From assembly GCA_965217895.1 (NCBI GenBank), contig CBDCJV010000002.1:2880001-2944000 (forward strand): DNA of 64,000 bases. Direction: 5' to 3'. Under the pieces are notes generated by a model that was given only the letters and a program-made list of their open reading frames with translations, did not search any database and had not been told where the DNA came from. Positions 10,247-20,417 of the stretch are shown here, in pieces. Each line of letters starts with the position of its first letter. The stretch's first letter is position 1. The DNA is from Waterburya sp. (GTDB lineage Bacteria; Cyanobacteriota; Cyanobacteriia; Cyanobacteriales; Xenococcaceae). Made by a program: the position numbers and the translations under genes.

Positions 10247-11305
10247 TTACTGGGCTAATTCCTGGCATCCAGCGATACATTGTCCCTCTCCATCAAACTC
10301 CATTGCTTGACCGCTTAAAGGAACATAAACAGGCACATCAGTAGCTTGAATAAACAAATCTGTTTTTGTACCTGGAACAACTATTCCATTTTTTGTAGCA
10401 GCTTCGTTAGCATGAGAAGCGATCGCTGAAGTCGGTTGAATCAATTCATTAACTACATAAGCTGCTTCTTTTGGTCCTGTGGTGTAAGTATCACCAATAT
10501 TAATTACTGCTAAAGAAGCATTATATTGGTTTTTTACAACCGTTTCCTGTTCGGCGGTAACACCAGTATCGCCCGATAAATATACTACTAGCCCATTGCT
10601 AAAGGTGAGTACATAACCAGTCGGTGGTCCAACATAAGCAGTAAGACCAGCAGTTTCTAAATTTTCTCCCAACTCGCCTTCGATAAACTCACCACTCAAT
10701 CCATTCGAGTGAACGGCGGGGACGGTGGTAATTTTTACCCCGCCGACGTTAGTAGAAGCACCAAAACGGACAAGCTGAACAGACTCAGGGTTTCCGCCCG
10801 AAGCTTCAACTTTATGCGCCAAAAAATCAGCCATCTCGCTACCGACGACAATTTTAGCTTTCTTAGCTACGGCAATATCGACGGTATTAGAACTAGGAGT
10901 GGCATCTTCATTGGCTTCTGGCTTACCACATTCACCTGCATTGACTGTTGCTATACGGCGATCGCCTAAATGATCTCCGTGAACGTGACTTAATAAAACT
11001 ACATCTATATTGCCCAAACGCTCATCCTGACCTCCTGCAACAGTTTGCCCCGCATCGAAGAGGAGGCGCGTACCATTAGGATCTTCAAAGATTAAGGCGC
11101 GATCTCGGGCGCAAAATTCTCCATCATGACTACCCAGTGGTGTAATCTTTACCTCAGAGGCATAACTGGCAGAGGTGGTGAAAATAGCAATTGCTAATGT
11201 AACTAGTCCTGATAAGCATTTTTTCATAAGTGTCATTATCCAATTTAGTACTGCAAAATACACTTTATCGCTATAGAGAGATAAACAGTTAGATTTTAAG
11301 CTCAA
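10247..11305 (-). CDS. Secreted MBL-fold metallo-hydrolase (true start probably MKKCL near 11227)
   Basis: HVHGDH metal motif, AVHSN, YLSGDTG; signal peptide. Confidence 0.85.
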   Translation of the reverse strand: MSLKSNCLSLYSDKVYFAVLNWIMTLMKKCLSGLVTLAIAIFTTSASYASEVKITPLGSHDGEFCARDRALIFEDPNGTRLLFDAGQTVAGGQDERLGNIDVVLLSHVHGDHLGDRRIATVNAGECGKPEANEDATPSSNTVDIAVAKKAKIVVGSEMADFLAHKVEASGGNPESVQLVRFGASTNVGGVKITTVPAVHSNGLSGEFIEGELGENLETAGLTAYVGPPTGYVLTFSNGLVVYLSGDTGVTAEQETVVKNQYNASLAVINIGDTYTTGPKEAAYVVNELIQPTSAIASHANEAATKNGIVVPGTKTDLFIQATDVPVYVPLSGQAMEFDGEGQCIAGCQELAQ

Positions 11306-11311
11306 ACAAAG

Positions 11312-12145
11312 TCAAGGCTGTATTTCTAAACTTTCTTTAGTGTTGCAGCGAGTATAAGCATTCCAGGTAGTTAAATCGGGTGCAGGAAACCCTAAAATAG
11401 CAGAACGAGCTTGCTCACTTAAACCATTAACCATGCTAAAGTCTGCTCCCGCCACATTTTGAATATTATCTAGATTTGCCCCTGTCAAATCAGCGGCACG
11501 AAAATCAACGCCCTTCAATTCCGTGTTACCTAAACGAGCATTGCGTAAACTAGCTCCTGTCATAATCGCCTTTTGCAGGTTTGCGCCACTCAAGGAAACA
11601 TCATCTAATATCGCCCCTGTTAAATCTGCACCGCTAAGATATGCCCCGATCATTTTTGCCCCAGTTAAGTCTACCCCTCGCAGGTTAGCCGTATTAAGAT
11701 AAGCACCGTTAAGACTGGCTCCAGGGCCTACTGCACCAGAACTTTTATAGTTAAATCCTTGAGGAAAAATAGTTTCGTTGTCGTAAATAGTTACTTGAAA
11801 CTGGGCATCTTCTAAATTGGTATTCTTGAGATTAGCCCCACGTAAATCAGCACGGCTTAAATACGCCTTTGTTAAGTTTGCTCCTCTTAAATCTGCTCCT
11901 TGAAGATTAGCCCCTCTTAAATCTGCTCCTTGAAGATTAGCCCCTGTAAGATTTACTTTGATTAAATCTGCATTAGTCAAAATACTGTGAGAAAAGTTAA
12001 CTTGTGCCAAATTAGCTTGATTTAGAGCGATCGCATATAAATCTAAACCACTATAGTCTGCATTAGCTAAACTTTCTCCTGCCTGTAATTTGGCAGTAAT
12101 ATCAGCAGCGAGAGGAGATTTATTGCTAGAAGCGGTTGTGGGCAT
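11312..12145 (-). CDS. Pentapeptide repeat protein
   Basis: Tandem A(D/N)LxG pentapeptides. Confidence 0.93.
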   Translation of the reverse strand: MPTTASSNKSPLAADITAKLQAGESLANADYSGLDLYAIALNQANLAQVNFSHSILTNADLIKVNLTGANLQGADLRGANLQGADLRGANLTKAYLSRADLRGANLKNTNLEDAQFQVTIYDNETIFPQGFNYKSSGAVGPGASLNGAYLNTANLRGVDLTGAKMIGAYLSGADLTGAILDDVSLSGANLQKAIMTGASLRNARLGNTELKGVDFRAADLTGANLDNIQNVAGADFSMVNGLSEQARSAILGFPAPDLTTWNAYTRCNTKESLEIQP

Positions 12146-12361
12146 AATTCAGTTGAAATTTTGTCGAATTTATTTTAAATAGTGACTTGTCAAAAAGTAT
12201 AAATTATTTAGTATCTTTCATGAGGTTGAGAATTGTTGACACAATAAATAGAAGAGTTCAGTTAGACAAAACTCTTCTATTCTTCAAGCTTTACATTGAT
12301 TTACATAATAAAATTTCAGCTTCAATAGCTTATAGCTGCTCCAATCCTTAAATTAACGTTA

Positions 12362-12736
12362 TTACAGCTTGCTTCTAATTTCTTCAACTCGCTTACGATT
12401 AACTCCTAAATCTGATTTACCCAACCGCGAAGCAGAACGTACTTGAACCGCATTTGTTCCAGAGTCTAGGTAAAATTCCACATCATCCACATAGCCCATT
12501 AACTTACTCTTGAATTCCGCGTAAAGATAATTATCTGTCTCTTCAATTACGGTAGTTCCCTCCATAGCTTCTACTACTTGCTTAATTTCAGCAATAGACT
12601 CAGTTGGCAAAGGTTCAATCTTGGATTGGGCATCGTTACTCTGACTATTAACACAGTTAGGAGTTCCCGGACAGGCAGTTAACTTTCCATCTTTTATGCC
12701 TAAATTATTTGGTCTTTCCCCTGAAAAATTGAACAT
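12362..12736 (-). CDS. DUF1499 family protein
   Basis: CPGTPNCVNSQ, GYVDDVEF and RSASRLGKSDLGVNRKR motifs. Confidence 0.9.
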   Translation of the reverse strand: MFNFSGERPNNLGIKDGKLTACPGTPNCVNSQSNDAQSKIEPLPTESIAEIKQVVEAMEGTTVIEETDNYLYAEFKSKLMGYVDDVEFYLDSGTNAVQVRSASRLGKSDLGVNRKRVEEIRSKL

Positions 12737-12988
12737 CTTAAATACTTCTTTTTAAAACTTGGTTTTAATGCTAATAAGATGATTTTATAGCAATTCCCTG
12801 GTTTAATTCAGATATAGTCAGAATATTTAGTAATTAACTAAGGAGTGCGATCAATTAAGTCAAACAACAGAAGCAGCCAGATGAATAGAACCCAAAAAAT
12901 TAGCTGCGGTCTGATCATAACCAGTTGCGATCGCTCTATTTAATCGGTCACACTTTATATTAGTAATCAATACTAGTCTAATAAATTT

Positions 12989-13297
12989 CTAGTTGTCTTT
13001 GAGCAAAGCGGGAAGAGAAATAGTAGTGGCGACAATTATTCCTGCTATTGCGCCGACACTTAATTCTCTAAATCTTAGTTGAGTAGGTTCGACTGTCCAG
13101 CAATTATCATTTGTCATACAGTTTGCGTCTTCTAAACGATACTTTACTTCGCCCATAAAAGCACCTACAATCGCCATGAGAAAAATATATAGATAAATTC
13201 TCTTTACTATTGGCAATTTCCTTATTGTGCTAATTAATTCTGAACTTTTGTTTTCATTACGAGCTGTTTCTATTCTGTAATTGCGTTGAAAATTCAT
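12989..13297 (-). CDS. Small two-TM hypothetical protein
   Basis: 102-aa ORF; two hydrophobic segments flank a C-x5-C loop. Confidence 0.6.
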   Translation of the reverse strand: MNFQRNYRIETARNENKSSELISTIRKLPIVKRIYLYIFLMAIVGAFMGEVKYRLEDANCMTNDNCWTVEPTQLRFRELSVGAIAGIIVATTISLPALLKDN

Positions 13298-13808
13298 TAT
13301 GCTTGATAGATAGAGTACGTTACAAATTAAAATAACTAGCTCATGCTATCTATCAGTGTGATCTCAAACCCAATTCTAAAGTAGGCGCGATCGCTCTAGC
13401 CATTTCAAGCATCATTGGTAAAATGAAGTTAACAGGAATTTAGTAGTATTCCAACAAGTCTAAGCAGCCAGATAGATAATATTATTGCTTTGCTTAAATA
13501 TTCGAGTAATATTAAGAAAATTAAAATCATTACTTCTTGATTACTGCAATTATTATCAAAGTCGTTTTTGTTAGTTAGTCTTTAAATAAGCGTCGATTTA
13601 TATGTTGACTTTTTTGTCAACTTGTGAGAAAATATAAAATATATATCATAGATATCATCACGGGAATTGAAGTTACTATCCTTTTCATATCAGTTCTGAT
13701 AAGTAGGTTTAACCTTGTGCTAATGAGACTGAATACAAGGTGTAAAATTCAAAGCAAACTTTACAGTTATTTTCAAAACTATTTTCCACTATATTGATTG
13801 AGGCATTC

Positions 13809-14909
13809 ATGGCAACTCGGACAAATACTTCTAACACTTCTAGTACCTCTGGCAATTCTGATAAAGACAAAGCTCTCAACCTAGTTTTAAAACAAATTGA
13901 GCGCAACTTTGGTAAAGGTGCGATTATGCGCCTGGGAGATGCTGCTCAAATGAGGGTAGAAACTATACCCAGTGGTGCATTAACTTTAGACGTTGCTTTG
14001 GGTGGAGGTTTACCAAAGGGAAGAATTATTGAGATTTATGGACCAGAAAGCTCTGGTAAGACTACATTGGCATTACACGCGATCGCTGAAACGCAAAAAA
14101 TGGGAGGTGTAGCCGCCTTTGTCGATGCCGAACACGCCTTAGATCCTACCTACTCCGCAGCATTAGGAGTAGATATTGAAAACTTATTGGTAGCTCAACC
14201 AGATAATGGAGAATCAGGCTTAGAAATTGTCGATCAGTTAGTGCGATCGGCAGCAGTAGACTTAGTAGTAGTAGATTCGGTTGCTGCGTTGACTCCCCGC
14301 GCTGAAATTGAGGGAGAAATGGGTGATAACCAAGTAGGCTTACAGGCTCGTTTAATGAGTAAAGCCTTAAGAAAAATTGCGGGAAACATCGGCAAATCTG
14401 GAGCGACAGTTATCTTTCTCAACCAGCTACGGCAAAAAATCGGCATTAGCTATGGCAACCCCGAAGTAACCACAGGAGGTAATGCTCTAAAATTTTATTG
14501 CTCAGTTCGCCTAGATATTCGCCGTATTCAAACCCTTAAAAAAGGTAACGAAGGAATGTATGGTATCCGAGCAAAGGTAAAAGTAGCTAAAAACAAAGTT
14601 GCGCCGCCTTTCCGTATTGCCGAATTCGATATTATCTTTGGCAAGGGAATATCTAACATCGGCTGTTTGCTTGATTTGGCTGAAGATGCAGATATTGTTG
14701 TTCGCAAAGGAGCTTGGTATAGCTACAAAGGCGATAATGTTGGGCAGGGTAGAGATAATACTATTAACTATCTTTTAGAAAATCCAGAAGTAGCAGCAGA
14801 AATTGAGCAGAAAGTTAAAGAAAACATGAAAGCAGGAGTAGGATCAAACGGAGCATCTTCCTCTGAAGATTTAAATGCTGATGATGATGACTTTGATTCT
14901 GAAGAATAA
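13809..14909 (+). CDS. recA: Recombinase A
   Basis: [15 protein letters not shown] and KNKVAPPF motifs. ATG at 13809 follows GAGG. Confidence 0.98.
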   Translation: MATRTNTSNTSSTSGNSDKDKALNLVLKQIERNFGKGAIMRLGDAAQMRVETIPSGALTLDVALGGGLPKGRIIEIYGPESSGKTTLALHAIAETQKMGGVAAFVDAEHALDPTYSAALGVDIENLLVAQPDNGESGLEIVDQLVRSAAVDLVVVDSVAALTPRAEIEGEMGDNQVGLQARLMSKALRKIAGNIGKSGATVIFLNQLRQKIGISYGNPEVTTGGNALKFYCSVRLDIRRIQTLKKGNEGMYGIRAKVKVAKNKVAPPFRIAEFDIIFGKGISNIGCLLDLAEDADIVVRKGAWYSYKGDNVGQGRDNTINYLLENPEVAAEIEQKVKENMKAGVGSNGASSSEDLNADDDDFDSEE

Positions 14910-15099
14910 CTAGCTGTAAAAAATAACTTTTCAAATGTTCTCTTTAGATTATCTCCGCGGGACGAGGCTTCAGGCTTAAGGACTAAACCGAGTCCCGTTT
15001 TTGGGTCCCAAACCCTTCCTTTGAAAGAGTAATAAGATTGTTTAAGAATGTTCTTAAAAAACCGTTTGAGATATTCTAGGCTAGTATCCTAGCTGTTAC

Positions 15100-15224
15100 G
15101 ATTTGGTTCTAACGGGGAACAGCCGTTGGAGGAAACAGGGAAAGAGCAGTGTAAATCTGCCACTGTCCCGCAACTGTAATTGAGGATGACAAACTTCCTC
15201 ATCAGCCAGGATGCCTGCCAAATC
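15100..15224 (+). promoter_or_regulatory. Cobalamin (B12) riboswitch
   Basis: GGTTC...AACAGGGAA...GTGTAAATC...ACTGTCCCGCAACTGTAA...AGCCAGGATGCCTGCC (B12 box). Closing stem GATTTGG/CCAAATC. Lies directly upstream of cbiM. Confidence 0.93.
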
Positions 15225-15255
15225 AGATTATCCATCATCTGCTGCGAGGTACAGT

Positions 15256-16011
15256 TTGAAGACGAAAAATCGAAAATGGGTCAGCCTGGGACTGATGGCT
15301 GGTCTAAGTTGTTATATTGTTCTTGGTTCTGCGACTCCTGCTGCTGCAATGCACATTGCAGAAGGCTTTTTGCCCGTTCGGTGGGCTATCTTTTGGTGGG
15401 CAGTCTCATTACCATTTTTTATCGTTGGCTTGCGATCGCTGACTCGCATTACAACCGCACACCCAGAGCTTAAGTTGCTCCTTGCCCTATCAGGAGCCTT
15501 CACGTTTGTTTTATCCGCTTTGAAAATTCCTTCAGTCACTGGAAGTTGTTCTCACCCTACGGGAACTGGACTCGGAGCGATCTTGTTTGGCCCTTCGGTG
15601 ATGACTGTACTAGGAGGATTAGTGCTGCTATTTCAGGCAGTTTTGTTGGCTCATGGCGGATTGACTACCTTGGGAGCCAATATGTTTTCTATGGCGATCG
15701 TTGGTCCCTTTGTAGCGTACTTTATTTATCACCTGCTGCTGCGTACAGAGCGACCAAAGGTGGCAATTTTTTGTGCTTCGGCTCTAGAAGACTTGTTGAC
15801 CTATGTAACCACTTCAATTCAGTTGGCGTTAGCCTTCCCCGCAGCCAGTGGAGGCTTTATGGCTTCGTTTCTCAAATTTGCGGGTATCTTTGCGATCACA
15901 CAGGTGCCGCTTGCCATCAGTGAGGGATTGCTCACCGTCTTGGTCTGGAATTGGCTGCAATCCTATGGGCAGCCAGAACTCGAAACCCTCAAGCTTTTGA
16001 AAGAGACATAA
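15256..16011 (+). CDS. cbiM: Cobalt ECF transporter S component CbiM
   Basis: Signal peptide, then MHIAEGFL and [11 protein letters not shown] at 15256 follows GAGG; the ORF-track ATG at 15211 lies inside the riboswitch. Confidence 0.93.
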   Translation: MKTKNRKWVSLGLMAGLSCYIVLGSATPAAAMHIAEGFLPVRWAIFWWAVSLPFFIVGLRSLTRITTAHPELKLLLALSGAFTFVLSALKIPSVTGSCSHPTGTGLGAILFGPSVMTVLGGLVLLFQAVLLAHGGLTTLGANMFSMAIVGPFVAYFIYHLLLRTERPKVAIFCASALEDLLTYVTTSIQLALAFPAASGGFMASFLKFAGIFAITQVPLAISEGLLTVLVWNWLQSYGQPELETLKLLKET

Positions 16012-16014
16012 ATC

Positions 16015-16353
16015 ATGTCAAAATCTTCAACAGAAAATCAAACCCCCAAGCAGCATAATTGGCTCTTAGCGATCGCCGTTATTCTTCTGGCAGTCTTTCC
16101 CCTTGTCTTTGTGCGTGGAGAATATACTGGCTCAGATGACCAGGGTGAGCAAGCCATCACTGAGATTAAACCAGGCTATAAGCCCTGGTTTAAGCCCTTC
16201 TTTGAACCTCCCAGTGGTGAAATTGAAAGTCTGCTGTTTGCCAGCCAAGCTGCCCTGGGAGCTGGAGTCATTGGCTATGTAATTGGACTGTACAAGGGAC
16301 GCACCCAGAAACAGATCCAGAGGCAGCAGTCTGAGCAGAGATCGCCAGAGTGA
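16015..16353 (+). CDS. cbiN: Cobalt transport protein CbiN
   Basis: GSDDQG, PGYKPWF and PPSGEIESLLF motifs. Confidence 0.92.
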   Translation: MSKSSTENQTPKQHNWLLAIAVILLAVFPLVFVRGEYTGSDDQGEQAITEIKPGYKPWFKPFFEPPSGEIESLLFASQAALGAGVIGYVIGLYKGRTQKQIQRQQSEQRSPE

Positions 16354-17147
16354 GCCATCAGATTGATAGTTTTGCATACACAAACCGCTTACGATGGTTG
16401 CCGCCAAGCCACAAGCTGTCCTTGGGTATTGTGCTGCTGATGCTGTCTCTGGCTTCCCATCCAGTCGTACAATTGCTGATTAGTCTTTGGTTGATTTTTT
16501 GGGTTGTTGCTTATGCGAATATTCCAGCGACATTTTATTGTCGATTACTGCTGTTGCCGTTAAGTTTCTGGCTCACAAGTTTACCTGCTTTTATCATCAA
16601 CGGCGTTCACTACAGTGAGATCGAGTTAGTACAGTCGGATATTTGGCAAGGCTGGGGTACAGAGGTTGGCAGTTTCTATTTGTACATTAGTCAAACTGGA
16701 CTGCATCAAGTGAGTTGGCTATTTGCCCGTGCTTTAGCTACAACCAGCAGTATGTATTTTATCCTCCTAACGACTCCCTTTACAGAGGTACTACAGGTTC
16801 TCAAGCGGTTGCGTTTTCCACCGTTATTAATCGAATTGTTATTGATGATGTATCGATTTATTTTTACCTTATTGGCGATCGCTGATGAACTTTGGATCGC
16901 GCAAAATTCTCGCTGTGGCTATCGCACTTGGCGACGGGGAATGCACAGTCTCGGTATTTTGGTCGGGCAATTACTTCAGCGATCAATGGAAAGCTATCGG
17001 CAAGTTTCGTTGAGTCTGGCAGCACGCGGGTTCAATGGAGAACTGCGCGTCTGGCGTTCCTATCCCTATCAGCCTTCTCGTCGATATAGCCTCGAAGCAA
17101 TTATAGGCTGCATGGTATTGATCGTTCTCAGCGTTGTCCTTCGCTAA
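16350..17147 (+). CDS. cbiQ: Cobalt ECF transporter T component CbiQ
   Basis: Multi-TM; MYRFIF, AQNSR and LAARGF motifs; operon position. Confidence 0.9.
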   Translation: MSHQIDSFAYTNRLRWLPPSHKLSLGIVLLMLSLASHPVVQLLISLWLIFWVVAYANIPATFYCRLLLLPLSFWLTSLPAFIINGVHYSEIELVQSDIWQGWGTEVGSFYLYISQTGLHQVSWLFARALATTSSMYFILLTTPFTEVLQVLKRLRFPPLLIELLLMMYRFIFTLLAIADELWIAQNSRCGYRTWRRGMHSLGILVGQLLQRSMESYRQVSLSLAARGFNGELRVWRSYPYQPSRRYSLEAIIGCMVLIVLSVVLR

Positions 17148-17161
17148 ATTCCTATTGATTT

Positions 17162-18010
17162 ATGTCTCAATGGATTCTCGAATTCACTAATGTTAAATAT
17201 GGCTATCCTTGTAGTCGCAGACCTGCAATTCAAGGCTTAACTCTTAACGTGCCTGCTGGAAAAAGATGCGGACTCATTGGGCAAAATGGCTGTGGTAAAA
17301 CAACCTTCTTTTTGCTGGCAAACGGTCTTTATCAGTCGCAGAGTGGAATCATTCGCTGGCAAGGCAAACCGATTCAATATGATCGCTCTTTTTTAATGCA
17401 GCTACGCCAACAAATTGGGCTGGTGTTTCAAAATCCCGAACATCAATTGGTGGCTTCGACGGTGGAGGAAGATATTTCCTATGGGCTGTGTAACTTGGGT
17501 CTGCCAGAATCCGAAGTCGCTCAGCGGGTGCAACAGGCGATCGCCGATTTTGATCTCAAGGAACTGGCTCATCAGCCGATTCACAATCTCAGCCTGGGGC
17601 AAAAAAAGCGCGTCTCAATCGCCGATGTCATGGTTCTCCAGCCTAAATTACTATTGCTTGATGAACCAACTGCCTATCTCGATCCACGCCATACCCAAGA
17701 ACTGATTATGCAGCTTAAACGAATTCATGCTGCTGGAACGACGATTATTTTAGCTAGTCACGATCTCGACTTTATTTATCGATGGGCAGATTGGGTTTTT
17801 GTAATTAATCAAGGACAATTAGTCTTGGAAGGAACACCCGAAGATGTTTTTGTTCAACGGGATATTTTAGAACAACTACAGCTTGGTTTACCATTTGCAA
17901 TTGAGCTAATCGAGCAGATGAAAACAATAGTTGAAAATAATCAACCAGAAAAAATACTGACTTTGGAACAACTCCAGCAACAGATTTTAAAATCTCGCCG
18001 ATTGCTTTAG
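17162..18010 (+). CDS. cbiO: ECF transporter ATPase CbiO
   Basis: GQNGCGKT, VFQNPEHQL, LSLGQKKR and LLLDEPT motifs. Confidence 0.92.
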   Translation: MSQWILEFTNVKYGYPCSRRPAIQGLTLNVPAGKRCGLIGQNGCGKTTFFLLANGLYQSQSGIIRWQGKPIQYDRSFLMQLRQQIGLVFQNPEHQLVASTVEEDISYGLCNLGLPESEVAQRVQQAIADFDLKELAHQPIHNLSLGQKKRVSIADVMVLQPKLLLLDEPTAYLDPRHTQELIMQLKRIHAAGTTIILASHDLDFIYRWADWVFVINQGQLVLEGTPEDVFVQRDILEQLQLGLPFAIELIEQMKTIVENNQPEKILTLEQLQQQILKSRRLL

Positions 18011-18156
18011 GTGTCTGTTAATAGTGCCAAATCTGAATGTGACTACGAGATGGCAAAAAATCACGCGCCAAGCGATCAAATTTAGCCGATTCACTTGAAT
18101 ATATGTTCTAGTTTTTACCCTTGAATTTCGCAATCTGCTTAAAAACTAGCAAGGCT

Positions 18157-18450
18157 TTACTGTTTAGCTTCATCCTTTGGTTTGTCTACACGAAACAAAA
18201 ACACCATTAGAGCAACAACTCCTATTTGAAGCGCGAAATTAGGCAGATTAGCTGCTAAATCTTGACCTGCTGCTAACTTAGCTAAAAAGACAAATGCGCC
18301 AATTAAACCAGAAGCACCAAAAGCGACGTAAAAGAACCTTCTAAAACCTCTGTAAGGAGCTTTTGCTTCTGCACGCAGGCGAGCGTATTTTTCAGGCGTA
18401 AGATTGTTTTTTTTAGCTCTAGCTAATTCTTCTGGAGATAAATCTATCAT
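18157..18450 (-). CDS. DUF3493 family membrane protein
   Basis: RLRAEAKAPYRGFRRFFYVAFGASG motif. Confidence 0.8.
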   Translation of the reverse strand: MIDLSPEELARAKKNNLTPEKYARLRAEAKAPYRGFRRFFYVAFGASGLIGAFVFLAKLAAGQDLAANLPNFALQIGVVALMVFLFRVDKPKDEAKQ

Positions 18451-18876
18451 TTCAAATTTTATATTTTATGTCTAGCGTGAATTAAAAATCAGAGCGATTC
18501 TTTTTTAGCTACAAGCTATAAGCCATTAAACGACATAGCTCTATCTGTCTGCTGGTGCAAAAACAAGAGCCTTTTTAATCCGATTGCAGCAAACCCAAGA
18601 TAATAACTGAACATATTGATTCTATTTTAGAGGCTAAAAGCGCCTTCTGGAGAACGCCGACGTTGCTTGGCAACGGCGAAACGCTCCAGCGTTTGCTGAG
18701 AGCTACGAACCAGTACTTTCTGAACAAAGCTAATTTACACTAGGCGTATTTTATCTGAATGCTTAAAGATGAGAAATATTTATCGATAATATTGATATTA
18801 ACGGGAAAAGGAGAGATAAACATAAAAACATTTACCTCTCCTTTTCGATTGCGAGAATTAATTTTTAGCTCAAAGC

Positions 18877-19236
18877 TTATTGAACAATTACTTTACCTAC
18901 CATTCCAGCACCACGATGAGGCTCACAGTAGTAGGAATATTCTCCAGCTTCATTAAAAGTACTTTCATAGCTTTCTCCTGGAGAGAATACTAAGTTTTTG
19001 TGAGATTTGTCAGTAGCATTCTCAAAAACTACGTTATGGGGAGACATTTTATTATTATCCCACTTGACTGTATCTCCTTCTTTGATAGTTACAGTCTCGG
19101 GTACAAACTTGAGCATTCCGTTATCGCTACCCATTTTTACATCAACGGTATTAGCTGCTGCGGGAGCAACGCTGAAGAAAAATGTAGATACTACTAATAC
19201 TAGTGCGGACAATAACAAACTTATTTTTTTAGCCAT
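18877..19236 (-). CDS. petE: Plastocyanin
   Basis: Signal peptide; HNVVF and [11 protein letters not shown] copper-ligand motifs. Confidence 0.97.
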   Translation of the reverse strand: MAKKISLLLSALVLVVSTFFFSVAPAAANTVDVKMGSDNGMLKFVPETVTIKEGDTVKWDNNKMSPHNVVFENATDKSHKNLVFSPGESYESTFNEAGEYSYYCEPHRGAGMVGKVIVQ

Positions 19237-19392
19237 TTTTGTTGAACTCTCTCGATCAAATATGATTTTTTTTAGTAAACATTTTGTGAATACGAGGAAT
19301 TAGAACTTAGATCGAACCCTCTTGCTTTTACAACGATATGTCCGTATTTCTATTGGCTCTATCCCTTTATTCATATATTACTACAGAAGTTT

Positions 19393-19421
19393 GACGAGTT
19401 GTAAAACTTTGACGACTTGTC
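19393..19421. promoter_or_regulatory. Tandem PetR-like operator (KAC-N5-GTM) between petE and petJ
   Basis: GACgagttGTA (19393-19403) and GACgacttGTC (19411-19421). Confidence 0.6.
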
Positions 19422-19512
19422 TTTTGACTATTTTGTACGGATAACACACCATAGTTATTTAATCACAATCAGCTTTTTTAATTGAAGCTTAATAATTTTG
19501 AGAGGAGATACC

Positions 19513-19854
19513 ATGTTTATGTTTGCCAAACTATTAACAACACTACTGGTGTTTTTAACTGCTGCGATGTTTACTTTCGCTACTCCCGCCATAGCAGGCG
19601 ATGCTGCTAGCGGGGCAAAAATTTTTAGTGCCAACTGTGCTGCTTGTCATGCTGGGGGCAGAAACGTTATTAGCGGAGCAAAAACACTGCAAAAAGATGC
19701 CTTAGATAAATACGAAATGAACTCTCTTGAGGCGATTACTCATCAAGTAATCAATGGCAAAAATGCCATGCCAGCTTTTAAAGGTCGTTTAAGTGATACT
19801 CAAATTGATGACGTAGCAACTTACGTTCTTTCTCAAGCAGAAAAAGGCTGGTAA
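19513..19854 (+). CDS. petJ: Cytochrome c6
   Basis: CAACH haem motif, GKNAMPAF, C-terminal AEKGW. ATG at 19513 follows AGGAG. Confidence 0.96.
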   Translation: MFMFAKLLTTLLVFLTAAMFTFATPAIAGDAASGAKIFSANCAACHAGGRNVISGAKTLQKDALDKYEMNSLEAITHQVINGKNAMPAFKGRLSDTQIDDVATYVLSQAEKGW

Positions 19855-19988
19855 GCTATATTTATCTTTAAAAAAACTAATTAAATTGGATTTTTTTATC
19901 CCCGATCGCTCTACTCTGAGATTGGGGATATTTCTTTTTTGTGAAACAATGTAAGCATATTAAAGACTATGAAGCAGGAGCGAGCAAA

Positions 19989-20294
19989 ATGGATCGGGGT
20001 AAGTTAATCGCCATTGTAACAGGAGTAATTTCAATCTTAATTGCGATCGCCTATTTGGTAGTTGTACAGTTACTCGATTTTCGTGGGGAAATGATTCCTG
20101 CTCCTCTGGGTCAATTATCAACCTCGACAGTTCTTACGAAAGTTGCTCATGGGGGAAACCCCCATGAGCAACTTTCGCGCTTTACTCAACGGGTCATAGA
20201 CCACGGGGCTTATAAAGGGCGCGATGCAATCACGCCCACAGCCCCTCCGCAACGTAACTGTCTCGCAATAATCAGTAATCAGTTACTAGCTTAA
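19989..20294 (+). CDS. Small single-TM cyanobacterial protein with a repeat-derived C-terminal extension
   Basis: MDRGKLIAIVTG...LDFRGEMIPAP core after a GGAG RBS; the tail runs through palindromic repeats. Confidence 0.75.
   Translation: MDRGKLIAIVTGVISILIAIAYLVVVQLLDFRGEMIPAPLGQLSTSTVLTKVAHGGNPHEQLSRFTQRVIDHGAYKGRDAITPTAPPQRNCLAIISNQLLA
20137..20177. repeat. Perfect 19-bp-stem palindrome (GGGGGAAACCCCC family)
   Basis: CGAAAGTTGCTCATGGGGG-AAA-CCCCCATGAGCAACTTTCG; a related copy lies at 61504-61544. Confidence 0.85.
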
Positions 20295-20417
20295 AGATGC
20301 GTATTTACACTAAAGAACTAGAATGTGCCTTGGTAAATCTCTGGGTAAATACTATAGTTCATTAAAGCTAAGCAGTTTATCTTGAATGAGTTAATTTAGA
20401 CGCTGGCAAGACACTTC

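Noticed and set aside
13300..13808. LexA box upstream of recA
   Set aside because: No adequate match to the cyanobacterial consensus found by eye.
15211..15255. ORF-track ATG start of cbiM
   Set aside because: It lies within the riboswitch B12 box; TTG at 15256 has an RBS and gives a normal signal peptide.
18530..18610. Possible tRNA or ncRNA upstream of the DUF3493 gene
   Set aside because: No cloverleaf, T-loop consensus or recognisable family motif.
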